Of a stretch of DNA of 64,000 bases, positions 45,406 through 55,353 are shown piece by piece. Source of the DNA: Nitrospirota bacterium (GTDB lineage: Bacteria > UBA2233); assembly GCA_011620345.1 (NCBI GenBank), contig WOZJ01000050.1:1-64000 (forward strand), read 5' to 3'. The position numbers and the translations under genes were made by a program. The first letter of the stretch is position 1; each line of letters begins with the position of its first letter. The notes beneath the pieces are model-generated. The model did not search any database and was not told the origin of the DNA. It saw only the letters and a program-made list of their open reading frames with translations.

Positions 45406-45939
45406 ATGCAAGAAGCACCCACAAAAAGCCCAACGGGCTTTGATCTTAAGTTCGGCACCTACGAGCAAGCCAAGGCCATGATCGGCACCAAATCGGAGGT
45501 GCTTTTTTCCGATGTAGATGTCAACGTCCCGATGATCAAGTACTATGCGGCGCACTTGGAGGATGCCAACCCGAGCTACTGGGACGAGGACTTCGCAACA
45601 CAAGCCTGGGGGAGCGTCGTCTCCCCCCCGGGGATGCTCATGTCCTGGCTGATGCCTCTGCCCTGGAAACCCTCAGGCCGGGGTGTCGCGCCTTTATTGG
45701 CCACGCAGGTTCCGCTGCCAGGCGATACGCTCATTAACGTGTCGACCGAAACGGAGTTCATTAGGCCCATCCGAGCGGGCGAGCGCCTGAACGTGACCGA
45801 TGAGGTCGCGGACGTTACGCCCGAGAAGCAAACCCGCCTCGGAAAGGGGCACTTTATTACGACGGTGGCCACGTTTCGGAACGAAAAGGGCGCGGTCGTG
45901 GCCAAGAACACGAACGTGATGTTCCGGTTCAGCCTATAA
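45406..45939 (+). CDS. MaoC-like dehydratase, non-catalytic half
   Basis: D.NP.YWD...A, PPGM, EF.RP...GE, K.T.LG.G.F. Confidence 0.85.
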   Translation: MQEAPTKSPTGFDLKFGTYEQAKAMIGTKSEVLFSDVDVNVPMIKYYAAHLEDANPSYWDEDFATQAWGSVVSPPGMLMSWLMPLPWKPSGRGVAPLLATQVPLPGDTLINVSTETEFIRPIRAGERLNVTDEVADVTPEKQTRLGKGHFITTVATFRNEKGAVVAKNTNVMFRFSL

Positions 45940-45957
45940 GGTTAGGAGAGGACAAGG

Positions 45958-46401
45958 ATGTATACAAAGCGCTATGCGCAGCGTTATTTTGAAGACGTCC
46001 AGGAAAATGAAGCCCTGCCCGAGGTGCATCTGGAGGTCACATTCAAGCGGGTTATTCAGGATGCCGCGGCGACGCTCGATTACTTCCCCGGCCATCATGA
46101 CCCGGAGTATGCCCAGACCCAGGGACAAAAGACGGTCTACCTGAATACAATGTGTTTGCAAGGCTTCATCGACAGGGTGGTAACCGACTGGGCGGGGCCT
46201 TACACCTTCATTCTAAAGCGTAAGATGACCATGGCACGCTCGGTCTACGCGGGCGATACGATGTACGGAAAGGGAAGGGTTATCAAGAAATACGCCCATG
46301 ATGGCCGGCATCTTGTTGACATTGGAATCGAAGTGGGCAACGAAGAGGGAGTCTGCTGTCCAGCGAGTGTAACGGTTGTGCTTCCGAGCAAGAACGGCTA
46401 A
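45958..46401 (+). CDS. MaoC-like (R)-hydratase, catalytic half
   Basis: FEDV, DYFPGHHD (D-x4-H), YAGD. Confidence 0.85.
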   Translation: MYTKRYAQRYFEDVQENEALPEVHLEVTFKRVIQDAAATLDYFPGHHDPEYAQTQGQKTVYLNTMCLQGFIDRVVTDWAGPYTFILKRKMTMARSVYAGDTMYGKGRVIKKYAHDGRHLVDIGIEVGNEEGVCCPASVTVVLPSKNG

Positions 46402-46426
46402 CGCAAAAAATAAGGAGGAAAGGTCC

Positions 46427-47590
46427 ATGCCGATCGAGTTAAAAGAGGTCGAGCAGGCGATCGGAGGGATTACGAGGCGGTTTGACCGTGCCTACTGGCT
46501 TAAATGCTACAAAGAAAGGCGCTTTACCGACGAGCTCTGGCAGGCGATGGCAGACGCCGGGCTTTTGGGGGCAGGCATTCCGGAAGAGTACGGCGGGGTC
46601 GGAGGTGGGCTTACCGAAACGGTGGCCGTGATGGATGGGCTTTCTAAGGCCGGCCTTCCTCCTTTGTACCTCGTGATTACGGGGCTGTCGCGCGCCGCCA
46701 TCTTAAAGCACGGTACGGAAGAACAAAAGCAGCGCTACATCCCGCCCACGGTGACGGGCGAAGAGAAATTTTGCTTTGCGATTACCGAGCCCAACGCCGG
46801 GACAAACTCTTTCAAGATTCAAACGCTCGCCAAAGAAACGGGCAAGGGTACCTACAAAATCACTGGCCAAAAGATCTTCATCTCGGGCGCGGACGTGGCC
46901 GAGTGGATGCTTTTGGTGGCCCGGACGACGCCCTACAGCCAGGTCAACGACCGCAAAGAGGGGCTGGCGCTCTTCATCGTGGACGCCAAGGCGCCGGGGA
47001 TCGAGCTTAGCCCTTTGAACGTTATGATGGTCTGCCCAGAAAGGCAGTTCATCGTGAACTTCGACGAGGTCGAGGTGCCGGCAGAGAACCTCGTGGGCGA
47101 AAAAGACAAGGGTGTGCGGGTTCTCTTCGATGCCTTAAACCCTGAAAGGCTCTTGATCGCCGCGATGAGCTTAGGGATCGGGGATTTTGCGCTACAAAAA
47201 GCCGTGGAGTACGCAAACACCCGCGCACCCTTCGATGAGCCCATCGGTTCCTACCAGGCGCTCCAGCACCCGATGGCCTACGCCAAGGCGCACCTGGAGG
47301 CGTCACGGCTTATGCTCTACAAGGCGGCCCAAGTGTACGACGCGGGGTCTGTGGCCGGTGCCGAGTCGAACATGGCCAAGTTACTATGCACCGAGGCGGC
47401 TACCGAGGCCTGCGAGATCGCGCTCCAGACGCACGGAGGCTACGGGTTTGATTTAGACTACGACGTCATTTCTCTCTGGAGCATCGCCCGGATCATGGAG
47501 GTAGCCCCGATCAACAACCAGATGGTGCTGAACTTTTTGGGCGAACGCGTCCTTGGGCTGCCCAAATCCTACGGAAGGTTTCGTGGCTAA
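46427..47590 (+). CDS. Acyl-CoA dehydrogenase
   Basis: PEEYGG.G, FAITEPNAGT, GQK.FIS, LNPER, PIGSYQA.QH, THGG.G. AAGGAGG RBS. Confidence 0.93.
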   Translation: MPIELKEVEQAIGGITRRFDRAYWLKCYKERRFTDELWQAMADAGLLGAGIPEEYGGVGGGLTETVAVMDGLSKAGLPPLYLVITGLSRAAILKHGTEEQKQRYIPPTVTGEEKFCFAITEPNAGTNSFKIQTLAKETGKGTYKITGQKIFISGADVAEWMLLVARTTPYSQVNDRKEGLALFIVDAKAPGIELSPLNVMMVCPERQFIVNFDEVEVPAENLVGEKDKGVRVLFDALNPERLLIAAMSLGIGDFALQKAVEYANTRAPFDEPIGSYQALQHPMAYAKAHLEASRLMLYKAAQVYDAGSVAGAESNMAKLLCTEAATEACEIALQTHGGYGFDLDYDVISLWSIARIMEVAPINNQMVLNFLGERVLGLPKSYGRFRG

Positions 47591-47729
47591 CCAGGCAGGG
47601 GATCTTCCTGCCGGTGTATCGCTGGAATTCGTGGCGATCTTAAAAGAACCCCTGTATTTTGTATACTATGCTGGGTATGCTATGGCCTAGGGCCTGCATG
47701 GTGCCACGAAAAGAGCGCTAGGAGCGGTT

Positions 47730-48719
47730 ATGGATAAGCTTGTAGACGCCCAAGGTTATCTTCGCTACGGCTTGTACGACGAGCCGGTCGAGAACGTCAA
47801 TTTTCAAGACTACCCCCTAGAGACCCCGATGGGGTTCAAGGTCCCCAAGGGGCTGAAGGGCTTCATGGCCAACCAGTTCCATTTTTTTGGGGTTTTAGGG
47901 CAAGACATCATGGTGGGGATGGCCGTAGTAGACCTGAAATACCTGACCAACGGGTTTCTTTACGTGTACGACCGAAAAACGCGCAAGCTGGCCGAAGCAC
48001 GCAAGATCTCTTTGCCTTCTTCCAAGGTGTTTATCAAAACAACGCCCGCCACGCCCGAGAGCGTTTTTTCCTCGCGCCGCCTAAAAATAGAAATCCTCCA
48101 TGACAAGGTGAAGGCCAGCGCCTGGGATGTTCGCGTGGACGTAACCCTGCGGCCAAGCGCCTCACCTTTAAGGCTGTGCAGCAGAGCCGGGTATCGCGGC
48201 TGGGTCTATACAGAAAAGACCGTGCCGATTGATTTGTCGGGCCAAGTTTGTTATGGAGGCCGAACCGTTGAGGTCGGCTCTCCAGCCTATAGGGGCCTCA
48301 TGGACTGGACGGCCGGCTACATGCGACGTCATACCTTCTGGAACTGGGCGGCTGCCGCCTCCACCCTGCCGGATGGCCGGTCGTTTGGGCTGAATCTTTC
48401 TTGCGGGGTCAACGAGACCAGCTTTACCGAGAACGCTTTTTGGGTCGATGGCGTTCGTACCAAAGTCGATACGGTGAACTTTGTCTTCCAAAGCCGCAAC
48501 CTATACGAGCCTTGGCACGTTGCCTCCTACGATCAGAATGTAGACCTCGCCTTCTACCCGGAGGCCCACCGGGAAGAATCTGTCAATGCACTGCTCGTGA
48601 AGTCTAAATTCAAACAGTTCATGGGAACCTTTGTTGGCCGGCTAAGAGCCGATTCTGGGGAAACAATCAAAATTGAAGCCTGCCCTGGATGGGCCGAGGA
48701 CCACTATGCCAAGTGGTGA
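47730..48719 (+). CDS. DUF2804-family protein
   Basis: WVYTEK, DWT.GY.RR.T.WNWA, GLNL..G.NE...EN.FW.DG, G..EDHYAKW. Confidence 0.85.
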   Translation: MDKLVDAQGYLRYGLYDEPVENVNFQDYPLETPMGFKVPKGLKGFMANQFHFFGVLGQDIMVGMAVVDLKYLTNGFLYVYDRKTRKLAEARKISLPSSKVFIKTTPATPESVFSSRRLKIEILHDKVKASAWDVRVDVTLRPSASPLRLCSRAGYRGWVYTEKTVPIDLSGQVCYGGRTVEVGSPAYRGLMDWTAGYMRRHTFWNWAAAASTLPDGRSFGLNLSCGVNETSFTENAFWVDGVRTKVDTVNFVFQSRNLYEPWHVASYDQNVDLAFYPEAHREESVNALLVKSKFKQFMGTFVGRLRADSGETIKIEACPGWAEDHYAKW

Positions 48720-48962
48720 TTTACCCTAGTCGGCCAAAATGCTAGCCGTCGTATGGTGTAAGAATCGCCCATCTTTGATGCTATTTGGCTACGCCGTCTT
48801 CGTTTGGTTTAACGGCTGACGAAAGCAAGGCTCCTTATGCCCTTCTATCGGCCATCACTTTGGTATCGAGTACATTTTGGGCATTTGCCGGCCCTGTAAA
48901 CACAATGGTGTCAAGCCTGGAGAATCTAGAGAATAAGGAAAGGACGCAAAAAGGATGCTTCG

Positions 48963-49622
48963 ATGCAGGAATACTTAAAGCCCACGTATTTCATCGACAG
49001 CGAACATGCTTCTGTTGTCGCTTACGCCAAACGGGTCACGGAGGGTGCGGGCGGCCCTGTCCAGGCGGCGGTTCGGTTGTTTTATGCCGTGAGGGACGGG
49101 ATTCGTTACGACCCCTACAGCATGGCCATTTCTAAAGAGGAATTTCGTGCAAGCCGCGTGCTCGAAAGGGCCAAGGCCTTCTGCGTTCCGAAGGCCATTT
49201 TGTTGGCCGCGCTTGCCAGGGCTGCGGGGGTTCCGGCCGCGCTCGGGTTTGCCGATGTCCGCAACCACCTTACGAGCAAACGCCTAACGGAAACCATGGG
49301 GACGGACGTGTTTGCCTTTCATGGCTACACGCTGCTCTATTTAGATGGGCGCTGGCTCAAGGCCACGGCTACGTTCAACAAAGAGCTCTGCGAGAAAGCC
49401 GGCATCCTTCCGCTCGAGTTCGACGGCCGTAACGATGCGCTCTTTCAGCCTTTGGACAAAGAGGGCAGGCGTCATATGGAATACCTTAAAGACAGGGGTA
49501 TGTACGCGGATTTTCCTTACGAGGCATGGCTTCAGGCCATGCTCGAGGCCTACCCTTTCATGGCAACCGCGTTAGCCCAAGCGCCCCAGGGCGACTTCGA
49601 GGCCGAAGTGGGCAAAGAATAA
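48963..49622 (+). CDS. Transglutaminase-like protein
   Basis: RDGIRYDPY, FCVPKA.LL.AL.RA.G.PA, FHGY, W.KAT..FN. Confidence 0.9.
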   Translation: MQEYLKPTYFIDSEHASVVAYAKRVTEGAGGPVQAAVRLFYAVRDGIRYDPYSMAISKEEFRASRVLERAKAFCVPKAILLAALARAAGVPAALGFADVRNHLTSKRLTETMGTDVFAFHGYTLLYLDGRWLKATATFNKELCEKAGILPLEFDGRNDALFQPLDKEGRRHMEYLKDRGMYADFPYEAWLQAMLEAYPFMATALAQAPQGDFEAEVGKE

Positions 49623-49798
49623 AGCAATGCTTTGTGGCCGTTGACGTTTTGGCAGGGTTAAATTCCCAAAGACATGCCCTGCAAAAGAAGATAGGCGGGG
49701 TTTTCCAACCCCGCCGGAAGGAGAGCGGGGCGTGTTTGTCCCGCCTATCGGGGGGAGTGGGCTTGACGGTATTGGCCGGCGCTCGAGAATGCTGGCGA

Positions 49799-51388
49799 TT
49801 AGACGCCCTTGAGGGCGTTTGATTTGAGAATGCGCTCAACCTGCGATGCGAGGGGTTTTTCGCTCCAAATCCTAAGAAGTGGGGCCTCGATCCCCACAGG
49901 GAGAGGGGCAAAGGAGGCAAGCTGGCTCTCTAGGATTTCCGTACGCCCGTCGGCAACCTGCTCGCCCGAGAGTTGCCTTTTTTGGAGACGACAGACAAGG
50001 GTTGCCTTGGAGGCCTCGCAGGCGATAAACACCGTCCTGGCTTGAATCCCTGCTCGCTTTAGCTCGGCTAGAGGGAGCGTTCGCTCTTGGGGCCCTGGAA
50101 ACCCGCCTTCTATAATAATGCTTCTTCCAGCCTTGATGTGGCCAAGGGCCCTATGAACGAGCTCTTCGTAGGTTCTTTGGGAAAAATCCGTCGAATAAAT
50201 GCCCTCGCCGAAAGGCACGTAGTGGCGCTGTTCGCCGATGCCGGCAAGCTCTTTCCGAACCTTGTCCGTGGAGAGCGTCGGGATGTCGAGCGCTTCGGAA
50301 AGGGCCATGGCGAGCGTCGTCTTGCCGGACCCCATCGGCCCCAAAACGACCAAAAGCAGCGGCTCAGAGATACCCAAGGATCTTCTGTAGGCTAGACGAA
50401 AATAGCCGCGAACCCTCTGAAAGGCCTTGGAACCTGGTTTGGCCGAGTCTTTTTCGAGCGAAAACCCTTCTACCTTGCCCCGGACGTAGGCCCTGTAGGC
50501 TTCGTAAAACGGCAGAAGCTCTAAAAGATCTTTGTCGTTTGTCTCTTGAGTGAACGCCCGTTTAAATGCCTTGGCCCAGTTGGGGAACCCCTGAAAAGTG
50601 AGGTCCATCGTAAGGAAGGCCACGTCCGAAGCTACGTCGTGGAAGCGAAACCGTTCGTTGAACTCGATCTGGTCTATGATCAAGACTTCTCCAGAGGGGG
50701 GGAAGTACACGTGGTCTGCGTGCAAGTCCCCGTGGCAGTCACGGATAAAGCCTTCCTGAACGCGCCTTTGCAGCAATTCCCGGTGCTCTACAAGGAAGCT
50801 GTTGGTGAAGGCCTCGATTGCCCGGTACTCACGCTCACTCAAGGTAAACCCGATGTAGGGCAGGGTTTGCTCGAAGTTTTCGTCCGTGTTGCGCTTGATC
50901 TGGGCGGGTTCGCCGAACACCGAGCGCGCCTCGTCCAAAGGGCCGTTTGCATAAAACGCTTGGAGTTTTTTTGCGAGCGCAACGATGTGATGCTCCTCAA
51001 GCCGTCCATCCCCAAGCATGGCCTTCAAGCTCCAGGCATCGTCTAGTCTCTTCATCTTAAGGGCGTATTCTACGGCCCTCTCGAAATCTTCCGGGTGCTC
51101 GGAGAGGCGAAAAGACCCGTTTTTGTCTTTTAAGATGGCTACGGCCCCTTCGTAGACGCCGGCTGCAAGCCTTCGGTTGAGCTCGATCTCTTGCTGGATA
51201 AAGTACCTGCGTTTTTCAAGCGAGGTGAAATCTAAAAAGCCAAAATTTACGGACTTTTTTACCTTGTAAACGTGTTCTCCGGCCACAAAGACGTCGCTGA
51301 TGTGCGTCTGGACGTGCCGAACCTCTGCCCCTTCAGACAGGCCAAAGCTTGTGGGGTCGAGCAAGAAGGCTTTGAGGGCCTCGTCCAT
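49799..51388 (-). CDS. Bifunctional aminoglycoside-phosphotransferase-like / AAA kinase (COG2187 + COG0645)
   Basis: THIS, YK.KK.V..GFLDF, ELNRR, CHGDLH, IEFN; C-terminal GPMGSGKTT P-loop. Confidence 0.9.
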   Translation of the reverse strand: MDEALKAFLLDPTSFGLSEGAEVRHVQTHISDVFVAGEHVYKVKKSVNFGFLDFTSLEKRRYFIQQEIELNRRLAAGVYEGAVAILKDKNGSFRLSEHPEDFERAVEYALKMKRLDDAWSLKAMLGDGRLEEHHIVALAKKLQAFYANGPLDEARSVFGEPAQIKRNTDENFEQTLPYIGFTLSEREYRAIEAFTNSFLVEHRELLQRRVQEGFIRDCHGDLHADHVYFPPSGEVLIIDQIEFNERFRFHDVASDVAFLTMDLTFQGFPNWAKAFKRAFTQETNDKDLLELLPFYEAYRAYVRGKVEGFSLEKDSAKPGSKAFQRVRGYFRLAYRRSLGISEPLLLVVLGPMGSGKTTLAMALSEALDIPTLSTDKVRKELAGIGEQRHYVPFGEGIYSTDFSQRTYEELVHRALGHIKAGRSIIIEGGFPGPQERTLPLAELKRAGIQARTVFIACEASKATLVCRLQKRQLSGEQVADGRTEILESQLASFAPLPVGIEAPLLRIWSEKPLASQVERILKSNALKGV

Positions 51389-51395
51389 GGCGTGC

Positions 51396-52559
51396 TTAAG
51401 CCCGCATTCCGAAGTATTCCTTTAGCTTCTCGACTTGGTCTGTTCGTTCCCAGCTGAACTCTGGCTCTGTCCGGCCAAAATGGCCGTAGGTCGCGGTTTG
51501 CCTGTAGATCGGCCGTAGGAGGTCGAGATTCTCGATGATCATCTTGGGGCGGAAGTCGAAAAGCTCCTCTACGGCGCGTATAAGCCGCTCTTTTTCTACC
51601 TGCGCCGTGCCGAACGCGTGGACCATGACCGACACGGGCCTGGCTACCCCGATCGCGTAGGCCACCTGCACTTCGATGCGCTTGGCAAGCCCTGCGGCAA
51701 CCAGGTTCTTGGCAACGTAGCGGGCCATGTAGCAAGCGCTCCGATCGACCTTGCTGGGGTCCTTGCCGGAAAAGCAGCCGCCTCCGTGGTGGCCCATCCC
51801 CCCGTAGGTGTCGACAATAATCTTCCTGCCCGTAAGCCCCGAATCTCCCTCGGGCCCGCCAACAACGAACCGGCCCGTAGGGTTTATGAAGAGCTTCATA
51901 CCGGGAAGTTTGAGCTCTTTTGGGATGATGGGGGTTACGACTTCTTCGATGATGCCTTCGGTTACCATCCGAAGGTCGGCCTCTTCGGTATGCTGCGAGG
52001 AAACAACGACAGCCTGAATGCCGACAGGCTCGTCGTTTTCGTAAAGGACGGTTACTTGAGTCTTTCCGTCCGGGCGCAAGAAGGGCAGTTTTCCGCTCTT
52101 TCGTGCAAAAGAGAGTCTTTTGGCGAGCAGTTGGGCAAAGCTGATCGGCATGGGCATGAGCGTATCGGTTTCGTCGCAGGCGTAGCCGAACATCAGCCCT
52201 TGATCTCCAGCACCCTGCTCATGGCCGTCGTACTCGTCCACGCCTAGGGCGATGTCGGGCGATTGCCTCCCGATATCGACAAGAAAGCTCACTTTGTTCG
52301 CCCTGAAGGAATCGCCCTGCAGGTCATAACCGACCTCCCGGATGACTTCCCTCGCAACCTTAACCACGTCTACGTAGGCATCCGAGCTGACTTCTCCGGC
52401 AAGAATGGCCGTTTTGCCGGTCAAGAGGGTTTCCAGAGCGACCCTTGCCTTTTTGTCGCTCGCCAAATAGGCATCCAAAATGGCGTCCGAGATTTGATCT
52501 GCCAGTTTGTCTGGGTGACCCTCTGTGACGGACTCCGACGTAAACAAGTAACTTGACAT
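51396..52559 (-). CDS. metK: S-adenosylmethionine synthetase
   Basis: [34 protein letters not shown]. Confidence 0.98.
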   Translation of the reverse strand: MSSYLFTSESVTEGHPDKLADQISDAILDAYLASDKKARVALETLLTGKTAILAGEVSSDAYVDVVKVAREVIREVGYDLQGDSFRANKVSFLVDIGRQSPDIALGVDEYDGHEQGAGDQGLMFGYACDETDTLMPMPISFAQLLAKRLSFARKSGKLPFLRPDGKTQVTVLYENDEPVGIQAVVVSSQHTEEADLRMVTEGIIEEVVTPIIPKELKLPGMKLFINPTGRFVVGGPEGDSGLTGRKIIVDTYGGMGHHGGGCFSGKDPSKVDRSACYMARYVAKNLVAAGLAKRIEVQVAYAIGVARPVSVMVHAFGTAQVEKERLIRAVEELFDFRPKMIIENLDLLRPIYRQTATYGHFGRTEPEFSWERTDQVEKLKEYFGMRA

Positions 52560-52701
52560 TGCCTGCGCTATCCCCCTGTTTGGTCTTATTGCTTGTTTGG
52601 ACAAAACAACCTCCTTGAGCCCTAAGGTTGACGCTCTATTTTATTTCAAAGTAAGATAAAAGAAAAGGATTCAAGAAACTTGCAGCGGAGGAATCAGAAA
52701 C

Positions 52702-53022
52702 GTGGAGGTTCAAGAGGTTATTTTTTCCCATTCCGGCATTCAGTTTAACGCCAAGGTAGGGGATACGCTATCTCTTAGGGGTCATTTAGGCGATGCAGGG
52801 GAAATCCTCGAGGTGGGAAGTGTTCTCGCCGTAAAGATGGAAGGCGGGATCAAGTTTGGAGCGCCGTACATCAAAGGCGCTAAGGTAGGCCTTGGGGTTC
52901 TAGGGCACACCAAAGGGCCGAAGGTGCGGGTCTTCAAAATGATACGAAGGAAGCGTCGCCGCATGACTCTCGGATACAGGGACCTTCGGACCCTAGTTAA
53001 AGTTCAAGCGATCAGCGCATAA
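52702..53022 (+). CDS. rplU: 50S ribosomal protein L21 (divergent)
   Basis: G.Q....GD, G.PY..GA.V, K..VFK..RRK, GYRD. Lies directly upstream of rpmA. Confidence 0.85.
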   Translation: MEVQEVIFSHSGIQFNAKVGDTLSLRGHLGDAGEILEVGSVLAVKMEGGIKFGAPYIKGAKVGLGVLGHTKGPKVRVFKMIRRKRRRMTLGYRDLRTLVKVQAISA

Positions 53023-53045
53023 GTAGACTTTAGGAGGAGAAGGCT

Positions 53046-53306
53046 ATGGCACACAAAAAGGGGCAGGGCTCGTCTAGGAACGGCCGAGACTCTGCAGGCA
53101 AGCGGCTTGGCGTAAAGATGTTCGAGGGGGAGGCGGCAAAAGCGGGCAATATTATCGTCCGTCAGCTCGGTACCAAGTTTCATCCGGGGTTGAACGTGGG
53201 CATGGGAAGGGACTATACCCTGTTTGCCAAAAAAGATGGCAGGGTAGTCTTCAAGCAGAGCGGGTCCCGTCAGACAGTTCACGTGGTTCAAGAATTGCAG
53301 GCTTGA
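53046..53306 (+). CDS. rpmA: 50S ribosomal protein L27
   Basis: [24 protein letters not shown]. Confidence 0.99.
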   Translation: MAHKKGQGSSRNGRDSAGKRLGVKMFEGEAAKAGNIIVRQLGTKFHPGLNVGMGRDYTLFAKKDGRVVFKQSGSRQTVHVVQELQA

Positions 53307-53402
53307 GCGTTTTTCTGAATGTCAGGCCAGGTTGTTTGGTTTATTTTATAGAAGAACGTACAAACTTTTGCAGGCAGTTTCGCGCGATACGGAACAGAAC
53401 GA

Positions 53403-54353
53403 ATGGTTGCGTATAAAGATTACTACGCGATTTTAGGCGTCCCAAAAAGCGCGACGCCCGATGAGATCAAGAAGGCTTACCGAAAGCTTGCCAAACAGTG
53501 GCATCCCGACAAGCATGCCGGCGACAAGAAAAATGAGGCCGAAGCGAGGTTTAAGGAAATTTCCGAGGCCAACGCCGTCCTTTCGGACCCAGAAAAGCGC
53601 AAGCAGTACGATATGCTTGGCGGCCAGTTTCGAGAAGGTCAGGAGTTTACGGCCCCCCCGGGCTACCAAGGGTTCCGCGTTCATGTGGGCGACTTGGGCG
53701 ATTTGGAGGGCTTAGGCGATTTCAGCGATTTCTTCAGGACCCTTTTTGGGGGGGATGCCTTTGGGGCTGGGTCCTCCAAAAGGGCGAGCCCTTTTGGACA
53801 TGCAAGGCAGCGGGCCTCACGGGAATGGCCTGGACCCGAGCGTACACCCAAGGAAGAAGAGATTTCTTTGAGCCTCGAAGAGGCGCACGAAGGATGCACG
53901 AAGACGCTCGAGCTCTCAATTCAGGCCCCTCAAGGCCTTGGAATGGCCTCGAAGGGGCGGCGGGTAACCATCCGAATCCCTAAGGGCGTGAGGGATGGGG
54001 AGCGTATCCGTGTATCTCTGCCCGAAGGCGATATATATTTTAAAGTAAGGCTCCAAGAGCATCCTCGTTTTCGTCTCGAGGGCGACAACCTCATCGCTAA
54101 GGTGCCGCTATTCCCATGGGAAGCGGCGCTGGGTGCAGAAAAAGAGGTTCCTACGCTTTCCGGAGGCGTTCGAATTAAAATTCCGCCCAAAACAAACTCC
54201 GGGACGAAGCTACGGGTGCGGGGCAAGGGGTTCGCGAAAAAAAGCGGGCCGCCTGGCGATTTGATCGTCGAGGCTGCCGTCGTGTTTCCGGAACGTATGC
54301 CAGACAAGGCGCTTGAACTCTTCAGGGAGCTGGCCTTGGTATGTCAGGGGTAG
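53403..54353 (+). CDS. cbpA: Class II DnaJ / CbpA-like chaperone
   Basis: J domain with HPD, G/F region, no Zn finger, WEAALG, DnaJ C-terminal domain. Confidence 0.85.
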   Translation: MVAYKDYYAILGVPKSATPDEIKKAYRKLAKQWHPDKHAGDKKNEAEARFKEISEANAVLSDPEKRKQYDMLGGQFREGQEFTAPPGYQGFRVHVGDLGDLEGLGDFSDFFRTLFGGDAFGAGSSKRASPFGHARQRASREWPGPERTPKEEEISLSLEEAHEGCTKTLELSIQAPQGLGMASKGRRVTIRIPKGVRDGERIRVSLPEGDIYFKVRLQEHPRFRLEGDNLIAKVPLFPWEAALGAEKEVPTLSGGVRIKIPPKTNSGTKLRVRGKGFAKKSGPPGDLIVEAAVVFPERMPDKALELFRELALVCQG

Positions 54354-54357
54354 GGGA

Positions 54358-55350
54358 ATGCGGTTCGTCGACGAGGTTCACAAAGTCGTCGCCCAAGGTG
54401 GAGCCGGGGGAAACGGTTGTGCCAGCTTTCGAAGGACACGATCTAGTCCCAGGGGTGGGCCGGACGGCGGCGACGGCGGCGACGGCGGCGATGTCGTGCT
54501 TGAAGGCTCGAGTCGTATGGAAACCCTCGAAGACTTCTTGTATGCCCCGCTTTGGAGGGCGGAGCACGGCGAGCACGGGCAGGGGAACGGCCGAAAAGGA
54601 AGGCGAGGCCACGATTTGACGGTTGCCCTTCCGTTGGGTACGGTCGTGAAAGACCACGAGACGAAAGCCGTCCTCTTTGAGATCCTCGAGGATGGACAGA
54701 AGTTTGCCCTTGCCAAAGGCGGTAAAGGCGGGTACGGAAACGCAAGGTTCGTGACCTCGACCAACCAGGCGCCAAGGTGGGCAACCCCGGGGCAAAAAGG
54801 GCAAACACAGGCTTGCTCGCTAGAATTAAAGCTTCTGTCGGACCTTGGGTTTGTAGGCCTGCCTAGCGTGGGCAAATCCTCGCTTCTTCGTTCCCTGACC
54901 CGTGCAATGCCAAAGGTTGCGGCCTATCCCTTTACGACGACAGCACCCGTGCTTGGCGTGCTGGCGGGTGAGGGGATGAAGCGTTGCACCATCGCCGACA
55001 TGCCTGGGTTGATCGAGGGGGCCCATCAAGGGCGGGGTCTAGGAATTCGGTTTTTACGGCACATCGAGCGAAGCAAGGCCCTTGTGATTGTCCTAGACGC
55101 GGCGCTTTCCGATCCGACCCCAAAAAGGGCCTTTGAAATCGTTAGAGATGAGCTCTTCAGTTACAACCCTGCCTTAATGGCTCGCGTGCAGGCCATCCTT
55201 CTGAATAAGATTGATCTCCTAGCAGACGGGAGCCTTAATGAACATAACGAGGAGTTTTTCCGAGCCTTAGGGTTTGAGGTAATCTCCGTCTCTGCACGTT
55301 ACGGGACAAACATCGAATCCCTGATTCATTATTTACTACGGACAACATAA
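54358..55350 (+). CDS. obgE: GTPase Obg
   Basis: Gly-rich Obg fold, GLPSVGKS, YPFTT, DMPG, NKID. Confidence 0.97.
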   Translation: MRFVDEVHKVVAQGGAGGNGCASFRRTRSSPRGGPDGGDGGDGGDVVLEGSSRMETLEDFLYAPLWRAEHGEHGQGNGRKGRRGHDLTVALPLGTVVKDHETKAVLFEILEDGQKFALAKGGKGGYGNARFVTSTNQAPRWATPGQKGQTQACSLELKLLSDLGFVGLPSVGKSSLLRSLTRAMPKVAAYPFTTTAPVLGVLAGEGMKRCTIADMPGLIEGAHQGRGLGIRFLRHIERSKALVIVLDAALSDPTPKRAFEIVRDELFSYNPALMARVQAILLNKIDLLADGSLNEHNEEFFRALGFEVISVSARYGTNIESLIHYLLRTT

Positions 55351-55353
55351 GAC

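Noticed and set aside
49690-49750. SRP RNA (CCGGAAGG resemblance)
   Set aside because: It lacks the CAGG...AGCA internal-loop motif around the tetraloop.
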